Shown: positions 9,403 through 18,059 of the stretch, in pieces
How the letters are laid out: every line of letters begins with the position of its first letter
How positions within the stretch are numbered: the first letter of the stretch is position 1
Assembly: GCA_002104945.1 (NCBI GenBank)
Contig: MCFH01000199.1
Span: 1 to 18,059, forward strand
Length of the DNA: 18,059 bases
Source: Piromyces finnis finn
Lineage: Eukaryota > Fungi > Neocallimastigomycota
Direction of reading: 5' to 3'
Made by a program: the position numbers and the translations under genes
The notes under the pieces: generated by a model
The model's database searches: none
What the model saw: the letters and a program-made list of their open reading frames with translations, nothing else
Told to the model about the DNA's origin: nothing

Positions 9403-12400
9403 CTACTTTTTAAAATTAAAAATTTGGTTTGCGAAGTTAGTCATTTTATTTCCATTGACAAATTTTGTTAATGTGTCTGCTAGCATGTTATTTGTGTCTA
9501 TATATTTTAATTGAATTTCTTTATTATTTATATAGTGTTTATTGAAATGATATTTTATACTTATGTGTTTTAGTTTTGTATTTAGTTCTCCATTTTCTAT
9601 ACATCTTAAGCTTGGTAGATTATCCGTGTATATTGTTACAGTTTTATTGACTCCAAATAGTTCATTAATGATATTTTTGACCCATAATATTTGTTTTAAG
9701 CATTCCGATGTAGCTATATATTCGGCTTCAGCTGTACTGGTAGCTACAGTACTTTGTTTCTTTGATTTCCAACATATAGGACTTCTTCCCATTAATATAA
9801 TATTCCCGGAAGTCGATTTTCTATCATCTAAATCACCGGCAAAGTCCGAATCAGTATATCCTGTTATTTCACCTTTACCATCATATTTGATCTTGTATTC
9901 TTTTGTAGTGTTTAAGTATCTCAGGATATTTTTGATTTTATACCAATCGGATACTGTTGGGTGTTCACATTTTCTTGCCACCTTATTCACCGCAAACGCG
10001 ATATCCGGTCTAGTGCATCTTGCTAAGTATATTAAGGATCCGATAGCACGTTTGTATTTGGTCTTGTCAAATTGGTTTTTGTTTTCGTGTGCGGGATTAT
10101 CTGCCGAGCAAGGAGTTTTTGACATTTTGGTATTTTTCATATTGAAATTATTGAGAACATTATCTATAAATGCAATTTGTGAAATTTTATATGTGTGTTG
10201 ATTGTTGATTGTTGATTTTTCAACTTTGATTCCTAATATAAAGTTGACAGGTTCACATTTAGAAACCTTAAACTCTTCTTTAATTTTAGCTATCGCTTTT
10301 GATATATTATATTCTTCACCGGCTATGATCATGTCATCCACATATAGGCCAATGACGCATTTTAGGTTTCCATCGATAGCAAGTTTGAATATACATTGTT
10401 CTGATTCTAGTTGTTTGAACCCTATTTTACTTAAGAATCCAGTAATGGTTTCATTCCACTGTCTGCCAGATTGTTTAAGGCCGTATAATGCTTTGTTAAG
10501 TTTCCAATACCCTTTTTGGTAGTTGGAATCACCCTTTGGAATGGTAGTATAGATTTCTTTGTCGAGTTTAGCATTGAGGTATGCGGCCTTTATATCCAAT
10601 TGAAATATGTTCCAGTTCATCTTGGCAGATATAGCTATTATCAGTTTTAAGCAGTCGATGTTGAGAGTGGGACTATAAGTTAATTCATAATCTATTCCTT
10701 GTTTCTGAGTGAATCCTCTTGCAACCAACCTGGCTTTGTATTTTATTATTTTATTATAAGCATCCTTTTTGGTTGAGAAGACCCACTTCGTTGTAATTAT
10801 ATTTTTACCGGGAGGAACAGATTTAACAAACGTCATTATGTTGTTATTGTATAAATTTGAGAGTTCTTCATTGATTGCTTCTACCCACTCGACTGCATCG
10901 TAATCATTAATAGCTTCATTATAGTTGGAAGGAACATGTTTTGCTGAAGTATTGTCTATATTTAAGTTGTTTATTGCATTGTTGTCGTTGTAGTTGTAAT
11001 TACCTGATTTAATATTGATGTTGTCTGCGTAGTCGTTGTTGTTCTGATTTGAATCATTATAATTATAAGTGTTATGAAAATTTGAATTTTGGAGATTAAA
11101 GGGAATGTTGGAATAATTGTTGTTATTGGATTTCTTTGGATTAGGGGAATGGTAATCATGAGGTTCGACTAATGACTCCATATTGTTATTATTATTTTTT
11201 AAGTTATTAATATTGAAATTTGAGGAGTCGGCGGAGTCGAACTCATGACTACCAGTTTGCTGGTTAAATTTTGTATTGTTATTGCTGATTGTACCACTGT
11301 TCATTCCCCTGCTTTTCGTAACCAGGTTTCCTGGTTTGTCCTCAAAGAATATCGCCTCTCGAACCTGGTGTAATGAGTAGTCATGATAATCCATAATGAT
11401 ATAACTGTTGGACTTATTGTCAAAACCTAAATGTATACCTTTGATGGAATTAGGATCAAACTTTGATTTAGACTGAGCAAAATCTTTATAATAAGCAATA
11501 CACCCGAAAACTCTAATATGGTCAAATTTTACGGGTGAGTTGAAGAATACTTCATCAGGAATTTTATAGCCAATACCACTGTGAGGGGTTAGGTTATATA
11601 CATATTTAGAGAACCTAACTGCAAAATCCCAAAACATTGTACCAATGTTACTCCAGGTTAAGATGGTCTTTGCGGAAGCTATAAGTGTTTGGTTAAACCT
11701 TTCGGCTATGCCGTTATTTTGAGGGTTATATGGAGGGGAGAATGTTTTAGCAATACCTTTGCTTTTACAATAGTTAATAATTTTGTTGTTATTATATTCC
11801 TTCCCGTTGTCAGATTTAAAAAATTTAATATTGTAATCCTCGTATTGATTTTCCAAAAAAGTAAAAAATTCCAGAATAGTCTTAACAGCTTCGGCCTTAG
11901 CAGAAAGTGTAAAAATCAAGCTCTTCCTGGAAAATTCATCAATAAAGGTAATGATGAACCTTTTTCCTTTAAAGGAGACAGGTAAAGGACCGATGATATC
12001 TGAGTGTATTGTTTCCAGAATTTTTCCAGCTTTTGGAGTTTCTCTATTATGAGGAAGTCGTTTTAATTTGGAGATATCACAATAAGGACATCTATGGTTA
12101 TTAAGTTGATTGATTTTTAGTTGTTTGTCGAAGTTATTATTATAAAAATGACCTAACCTTCTATGCCATAAGTTATAGTCAGTATTATCAATATTTTCAA
12201 TGATGTTAATATTAGAAGGTATTTTATTAATCATGGAATTGAATATATCAATTACGAATGTGTTATGACCCATAATTGATGTATATGTACCGATGATATT
12301 ATCGTCGTAGTAAAGGGTTAGATTAGGATTATTATTATCCATTTTAGTAGTGCATACAATACCAGAGTATGCTAATTTTACACCACTAATTAAGTTTTTG

Positions 12401-12766
12401 TTAACCTGGCTAGAATAAAAAACTTCATTGAGAGTTAAGCGAAACTTGTTAACATAGCCAGTAAAGATTCCATAACCTTCAAAAGAGCATTTGGACCCAT
12501 TTGCACAATATAAAATGATCTTCTTGTTAACAAAGTTGGATAATAAATTTTTGTCATTAGTGACGTGTACAACGGCTCCTGAGTCGTAAACCCATTTAGA
12601 GAAGTTGTTCTTGTCATTGTCTTGATTGTTGTTGGTGTCGTATTTGTAAATAGTATCTAAATTATTTATATTGTTCATAAAAGGTCTGATGTCTTCAAAA
12701 TCGACATCATCATCAAAATCATGATGATTTTGGAATTGGGGAACATGTTCAATGTTGTAAAAGTAC
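9403..12766 (-). CDS. pol: Copia Pol polyprotein (protease, integrase, RT, RNase H), uninterrupted frame, 5'-truncated by insertion
   Basis: PR WVYDSGA (D at 12583-12585); IN LWHRRLGH...CPYC, HSDIIGP, KSDNGKEY, NGIAERFN; RT KARLVARGF, LDIKAAYL, LYGLKQSG, YVDD (10333-10344); RH YTDSDFAG, TAEAEY, LADTLTK. The track start (12843) is a TTG inside the chromovirus LTR. The first in-frame ATG is at 12678. Confidence 0.95.
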
Positions 12767-13373
12767 TGTAAAGATATCAAACGCCTCTGTTTGATATCTT
12801 TAATGTAACTTAAGCCACAAGTATTATTGTTTAAGTTACACAAATTATATTCAGAAAAAGAAAATGAGACATAATTTATTTATTAATAATTAAAGTTTAA
12901 AACAAAATAAATTATTAATTTATTTTTAATGTTTAACAAGCAAATTAATATTCTCAATTTAAATCCCTAGTTTTAGTATTGTTTTTTTTATAGAAATAGA
13001 TAAATAATAAATGATTAATATATCAATAATACATGGGCACATATTCAAATTAAATAGTACTTAATTTGAATTGCCAATTGTATTTTACTAAAAATAGTTA
13101 TAGTTTAAATATTTATTAATAATTAAGATTTTAGTGTAGATTTTAAATAATAATATATAAGAAATAAATAGTTATAATATAATATAAATGTATTTAGGAA
13201 AAATATAAATAGAAGATATTTTTCATCATTTTATCGATGTAATTGTTATTATTAAAATTCTATTATAATAAAAGATATTTTATAAAACAATTTTTTATTT
13301 TATTTTTTCAAAATCTTGTGTTATTGTAATAGAATAGATATCCTAATCTATTCTTTCAGTGTTCAACATTACA
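12767..13373 (+). mobile_element. Chromovirus 5' LTR (607 bp, TGTAA...TTACA)
   Basis: The start is fixed by identity with the copy following the PPT. The end is fixed by the 5 bp terminal inverted repeat and the adjacent self-complementary PBS. Confidence 0.85.
13204..13211 (+). promoter_or_regulatory. Putative TATA box (TATAAATA) of the chromovirus LTR
   Basis: Starts 35 nt upstream of the start site predicted from PBS complementarity (13239). TATA-like words are common in this AT-rich DNA, so position is the main support. Confidence 0.5.
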
Positions 13374-13384
13374 ATAACAATTAC
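13374..13384 (+). other. Self-priming primer-binding site (ATAACAATTAC)
   Basis: Exact reverse complement of 13239-13249 (GTAATTGTTAT). It lacks the TGG start of tRNA-type PBSs. Confidence 0.75.
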
Positions 13385-13410
13385 CTAACATACAAATAAG
13401 AGTACGTTAG

Positions 13411-13566
13411 GATATCTTGGATAACTACTGATAACTTTGGGAACTACCAGGTATTTTGGATAACTACTGATATCTTTTGAAACTACCAGATATTTTGGAT
13501 AACTACTGATATCTTTTGGAACTACCGGATATCTTGGATAACTACTAGTGTCTTTGTGAGCTACCA
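13411..13566 (+). repeat. Tandem array in the 5' leader: 4 x 39 bp, each an alternating 19 + 20 bp dimer
   Basis: Monomers GATATCTTGGATAACTACT and GATATCTTTTGGAACTACC(A/G) start at 13411, 13430, 13450, 13469, 13489, 13508, 13528 and 13547. Confidence 0.92.
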
Positions 13567-13666
13567 TTTTTATAAATTTATTCTATTATCTTGCTCGACA
13601 CTGTAACATACAGAGAGAGTCTGAAGCAACGTTTTAGTATAGATTTTTCTTTAGTTACTTTGAATT

Positions 13667-13692
13667 AAAAAAAAAAAAAAAAAAAAAAAAAA
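13667..13692 (+). repeat. A26 homopolymer in the chromovirus leader
   Basis: 26 consecutive A. Confidence 0.95.
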
Positions 13693-13808
13693 TTACTTGC
13701 TTGTAATAGTAGCAGGAAACAATCGGTAATCTTAATTTTTTCATTTAGTGTCTAGTTGGTGAATTGGAGGAATTAATAAATATATTTGATAATTGGAATT
13801 TGGAGGAA

Positions 13809-14765
13809 ATGACGGATAGAATGGAGAATGCTGCTGGGAATCATGGAAGCATTATTAATGCTCCACCATTATTCACTGGTAGGCAAAGGGAATTAGATGG
13901 TTTTTTAACCAGAGTGGAATTGGTTTTCCGAACTCGACCGGCACTGTATAATACAGATCGCGTCCGGGTTGACTTCGTTATTTCCTACTTCTCTGGGAAA
14001 CCGTTGGAATGGGCTTCATCACTAATGCGGAATAATAGTGGGATATTAAACAATTATGATGAATTTATAGATCGTTTGAGGGCTAATTTCGGATGTGACC
14101 GTTATGATACTGTTGTTGCGAATGGTAAATTAGACAACATCCGACAAAAAAAACTTGGATATGTTGTTGATTATATTACCGAGTTTCAAAGAATAAGCCA
14201 AAATTCAAACTTTAATGAAAGTGCAAAGATCTATATGTTTCTGAAAGGTTTAAACCCACAGTTAAGAGAAAAGTTGGCTTTTGTTGAAACTATTCAATTA
14301 TATAGTTTAAAGGTTCCTGGTGTCGACGTAATTCTTGGACTACCATGGATTAAAAAGCACAATCCTGAGGCTTTTTATGATTCCAAGAAAATCAATTTTA
14401 GTTCGGGATATTGCGCTAGACACTGTAACCATGGGAAAAGAAATAGAAAAAGTAAGAAGAAATCTAAGAAGGACGAATTAGACCATGAAGTCCTCGACAA
14501 AAGTATTATGAAAAAATCGGCTAAATCCATCGGTCTCTCGGATAATGCAAACATTTCGAATAATGAAGACAAGGAGTACGTTAGAGGACGCCTAGTAAGA
14601 ACTATTAATGATGAAGAAGACAGCGAAGATGACGGAGACAATTATAATAAAAAAGTTAAATGTATAATTAGTAAAATTAGTGAAACATGTAATAGTAATA
14701 ATAAATGTAATTATGAATGTAATGAAAATAGTCTTAGTTTAATAGAAACAAAGATAAAAAAATAA
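13809..14765 (+). CDS. gag: Gag capsid core fused in frame to the C-terminal end of the aspartic protease and the PR-RT spacer
   Basis: Retrotransposon Gag pattern (PPLFTG...FLTRVELVF...YFSGKPLEWA...FLKGLNPQLRE), then DVILGLPWIKKHNP and FSSGYCARHC (protease end). First ATG is at 13809; the track start 13764 is TTG. Confidence 0.85.
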   Translation: MTDRMENAAGNHGSIINAPPLFTGRQRELDGFLTRVELVFRTRPALYNTDRVRVDFVISYFSGKPLEWASSLMRNNSGILNNYDEFIDRLRANFGCDRYDTVVANGKLDNIRQKKLGYVVDYITEFQRISQNSNFNESAKIYMFLKGLNPQLREKLAFVETIQLYSLKVPGVDVILGLPWIKKHNPEAFYDSKKINFSSGYCARHCNHGKRNRKSKKKSKKDELDHEVLDKSIMKKSAKSIGLSDNANISNNEDKEYVRGRLVRTINDEEDSEDDGDNYNKKVKCIISKISETCNSNNKCNYECNENSLSLIETKIKK

Positions 14766-14788
14766 TTAAATAAAAAAAAATGGTCACC

Positions 14789-17758
14789 GTACCATCCGAA
14801 TATATGAATTTTAGAAGTGTTTAACGAAAAATTGTGAAGTGTTACTCCTCATAGACCTTAATGATGTGAAATCAAGCTAAGGATGATTCAACTTTATTTT
14901 ATGGACCCTGTATCATTAACTGAAGTTGAAAGAGAGAACTTAAAAATATATAGATGAAAATTTAAATAAGGTTTATTAGGAAATCATCGCTCCTGCAGGG
15001 CTCCAATCTTGTTGTTAAAAGAAGGAGCTCCTGAACTTGTATTGATTATAGAAAGTTGAATGACATTACCATTCGTAATTCATATCCTTTACCTTTAATT
15101 AGTGACCTTCTGGAAAGAGTGAAAAATGCTAAAATTTCACTAAATTAGATCTCAAATCTGCTTATAATCTTATTCGTATTAAAGAAGGTGACGAATACAA
15201 AACAGCTTTTCGTACTAGGTATGGTCATTATGAATATCTAGTTATGCCTTTTGGATTAAGAATGCACCTGCAACTTTTCAACACTTTATTAACGATGTTC
15301 TCAGTGATACTTAGACGATTTTGTTATCTCGTATATTGATGAATCCTTATTTATCAATAATATCGAAGAACATCATGAGCATGTTAAAAAGGTACTTAAG
15401 AAACTACTTGAAAATAATCTTTATGTTAAATTAGAAAAATGTGAGTTTGATGTTGAGAAAACCACTTTTCTTGGTTATGTCATTTCAAAGGATGGATTGC
15501 AAATGGATGAAAATAAAGTTAAAGCAATTCTCGATTGGCCGGTTCCCAAGAATGTTAAAGAGGTTCAGTCTTCTATTGGTTTATGCAACTATTACAGAAT
15601 TTTTATTAAAGACTTTGCTAAAATTGCAAAACCCTCTTCACAACTCACTAGAAAGAATGTTGCTTTTAACTGGGTGAAAGAAGATCAGGACGCTTTTATT
15701 TTATTAAAATCTCTGTTCACGTCAGCTCCTATTCTGAAAACATGCGGATAGTAATAAACAATTTATTGTAGAAACTGATGCTAGTAATTATGCTGTCGGT
15801 GCTATTCTCTCTCAAGAATTTGATGGCAAATTACATCTATTGCATTTCTTTTCTAAAGTTTGACGAGTTGTCAAAGAAACTATCCTATATATGACAAGGA
15901 AACTTTTAGCTATTGTAATTGCTCTTGAAGAATGGCGTCATTATTAGAAGGTGCACGCCATCCGTTCATAATTTATACTGATCACAAGAATTTAACATTT
16001 CCTAGAAAACCTGAAATGTTATCTCAGAGACAAATTAGATGGAATTTGTTCTTATCCAGATTTGATTTTAAACTCATTTATAGAGCTGGAAAGAAATCCG
16101 GTAAAGCCTGATATCCTGTCTCGTAGAAGTGACCATTTAGAGAATAATATTAATTCTGATGTTTCTTGTCTTACTATTTCGTTTCATCATAGCGATAACA
16201 AACCGTTAATCGATTCTATTTTTATTAGAACTTAAAAATGACGATTTGTATAATTCTATTGTCCAATTTAAAATGAATGGTTCTGCATGTAATGCACCTA
16301 TTAAAAATATTGATAAAGTTATTATTGATAATGAAGGATTTTTGTTATATAATAATCTTATTTATGTTCCTAAATCTCTTAGGACAAGAGTTTTGGAACT
16401 TCATCATGATTCTGTTGCTGCTGGTCATTTCGGTATTAAGAAAACCACTGAACTGATTTCCAGAAACTTTTGGTGGCCAAGGTTTCATTCAGACGTTAAA
16501 TCTTTATCAAATCTTGCGTGACTTGTTGCAAATCCAAAGTCCCCAGACATAAGCCTTATGGATTATTATCCCCTTGGGCACTCCCAGTAGGCCCTGGTCT
16601 GATATTTCTATTGATTTTATTGTTGATCTTCCTAAGTCCAGAGATATGACAACTCTCATGGTTGTTGTCGATAGATTTACTAAATTTGCTCACGCCATTC
16701 CTTTACGTTGTCTTCCTACTGCTTCAATTGCTGCTGATGCTTTTATTGCTAATGTCTTCCGTTTGCATGGTCTTCCTGATTCCATCATTTCTGATAGAGG
16801 CTCGCAATTTACTTCTGACTTTTGGTCAAGACTTTGTGACCTTCTTAATATCAATCATTCATTATCAACTGCCAACCATCCGCAGACAGATGGTCAAACG
16901 GAGAGGGTGAACGGCATATTAGAACAATATTTCCGTTGTTTTTATAAATAAAAAGCAGAATAACTGGGTTGATCTTATCCCATTGCTGAATTTGCATATA
17001 ATATACTTTACAACAATCTATAAATCAATCCCCATTCTTTGCTAATTATGGTTTTCATCCAAAGTTCAGCTTAGAAATTCCAGCTAATGATAGACCTAGT
17101 AGAGCTGAACAAAGAGTAATTGATATGAATGAAAACTTTAAATTATTAAAAGAAAACTTAGAAAAAAGCAAAAGAAACATATAAGAAATATTGCCGATAT
17201 GAAGGAGAATGATTCCCCCGGAGTTCGAAGTAGGAAAAGAAGGTATGGTTATTGAAAGATTCTCCTGGAACTAACCTAAAGAGAAAATTAGCACCTCAAA
17301 TGCTTGGTCCATTTGAGATAATTGAAAAAGTTAGTTCTCTCGCTTTCAAATTGAAACTTCCAAAGACAATGAGATGTCATCCAGTCTTTCATGTTTCATT
17401 GTTAGAACCATATTTTGAAAACAAGTTTAACGACAGGTCTAATCGTAGGAAGAGGAACATTCACCTTAACACAGATTTAATTGAAAAAATTCCAGAGAAA
17501 ATTGAAAAGATGAAATCTGTTAATGGTGAAACATTTTATAAGTTATCATGGAAAGGATTTGACAAATCCACTTGGATTTCTGAAGATCAGATTCCAGATA
17601 AACAATTAATACAAGAGTTTGAAAGAAACTCTAAAAAGTCAAAATATAAGTCGAACGACTCCTCCATGAAAATTAGAGAGAATAAAGTTGGTAATCTAAT
17701 CAAGCATAGATACCAACCATTTGTAATTGAAATTCCTTCGAGAAAAGATTCCTTATAA
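14789..17758 (+). pseudogene. pol: Chromovirus pol (RT, RNase H, integrase, chromodomain), many 1-bp frameshifts as given
   Basis: RT VPSEY, IDYRKLN, LDLKSAY (~15145), VMPFG (15241), YIDD with one base missing (15332-15342); RH ETDAS (15771), YTDHKN; IN HHDSVAAGH...CVTC (16515-16526), ISIDFI, ISDRGSQF, GQTERVN, LGPF. Confidence 0.93.
17486..17629 (+). other. Integrase C-terminal chromodomain
   Basis: PEKIEKMK...YKLSWKGF..STWISEDQI...LIQEF follows the GPF module. Confidence 0.8.
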
Positions 17759-17782
17759 ATTAATCTCGCAGGAGCTCGACTT

Positions 17783-17793
17783 AGAGAGAGAGA
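17783..17793 (+). other. Chromovirus polypurine tract AGAGAGAGAGA
   Basis: Purine run ending 1 nt before the TG of the 3' LTR. Confidence 0.85.
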
Positions 17794-17794
17794 T

Positions 17795-18059
17795 TGTAAA
17801 GATATCAAACGCCTCTGTTTGATATCTTTAATGTAACTTAAGCCACAAGTATTATTGTTTAAGTTACACAAATTATATTCAGAAAAAGAAAATGAGACAT
17901 AATTTATTTATTAATAATTAAAGTTTAAAACAAAATAAATTATTAATTTATTTTTAATGTTTAACAAGCAAATTAATATTCTCAATTTAAATCCCTAGTT
18001 TTAGTATTGTTTTTTTTTATAGAAATAGATAAAATAATAAATGATTAATATATCAATAA
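17795..18059 (+). mobile_element. Chromovirus 3' LTR (partial, truncated by window end)
   Basis: Matches 12767-13029 with no substitutions and two +1 homopolymer differences. Confidence 0.93.

Larger units (their letters stand above)
9201..12766 (-). mobile_element. Ty1/copia LTR retrotransposon, 3' two-thirds (5' part displaced by the chromovirus insertion)
   Basis: Copia domain order PR-IN-RT-RH, followed by a PPT and a candidate 3' LTR. The copia sequence ends abruptly at the TG of the chromovirus 5' LTR (12767). Confidence 0.93.
12767..18059 (+). mobile_element. Chromovirus (Ty3/gypsy with chromodomain) LTR retrotransposon, ~5.6 kb, running off the right edge
   Basis: LTR-PBS-gag-PR-RT-RH-IN-chromodomain-PPT-LTR order. 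17795-18059 is a direct repeat of 12767-13029. Confidence 0.95.

Noticed and set aside
9563-12617. Track ORFs 9563-10201, 10202-10522, 10971-11159, 11689-11985 and 12435-12617
   Set aside because: Antisense or alternative-frame shadows of the intact copia pol with no recognisable motifs.
12767-12843. N-terminal MCNLNNNTCG... of the 1146 aa ORF as real copia protein
   Set aside because: It is antisense chromovirus LTR sequence, starts at TTG, and recurs in the 3' LTR.
13411-13566. CRISPR-like array
   Set aside because: Head-to-tail repeats with no unique spacers, eukaryotic retrotransposon context, no cas genes.
13385-13567. 60 aa repetitive peptide (KDISSYPKYLVV)n on the minus strand
   Set aside because: A by-product of a 39 bp unit (a multiple of 3) being stop-free in one frame. 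There is no independent coding evidence.
14375-16910. Track ORFs 14375-14641, 15441-15677 and 16662-16910
   Set aside because: Antisense or off-frame shadows of chromovirus gag/pol.
17763-17794. ATCTC...AGAGAGAGAT resembles a PacBio SMRTbell adapter at an apparent chimeric junction
   Set aside because: The following sequence is a direct (not inverted) repeat starting with TG, and the purine run sits exactly where a PPT belongs. It is the PPT/3' LTR boundary.
17587-17871. 94 aa minus-strand ORF sharing an N-terminus with the copia ORF
   Set aside because: Antisense read-through of the 3' LTR, PPT and pol end; TTG start; no domain.

Overview
This is extremely AT-rich eukaryotic DNA with no recognisable host gene. 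It is a nest of LTR retrotransposons. Composition plus a chromovirus suggest a fungus, plausibly an anaerobic gut fungus (inference only). Left to right: (i) the 3' end of a non-chromoviral Ty3/gypsy element (integrase, PPT, LTR from 2142), whose upstream part folds back into a ~460 bp inverted repeat (1-963); (ii) ~6.5 kb of hairpin-rich non-coding DNA with two ~617 bp TGTCA...TGACA LTR-like repeats; (iii) a minus-strand Ty1/copia element with an intact PR-IN-RT-RH frame; (iv) a plus-strand chromovirus (5' LTR 12767-13373, 3' LTR from 17795) inserted into the copia ORF. The best finding is that the chromovirus has no tRNA-type PBS. Instead, the 11 nt after its LTR are exactly complementary to a site ~35 nt after a TATA box, which is the Tf1-type self-priming geometry. 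This site lies within competing U5/leader stems and precedes a 4x39 bp array. The chromovirus also has an in-frame gag-protease deletion. Many frameshifts look like long-read indel errors. All alignments were done by eye.
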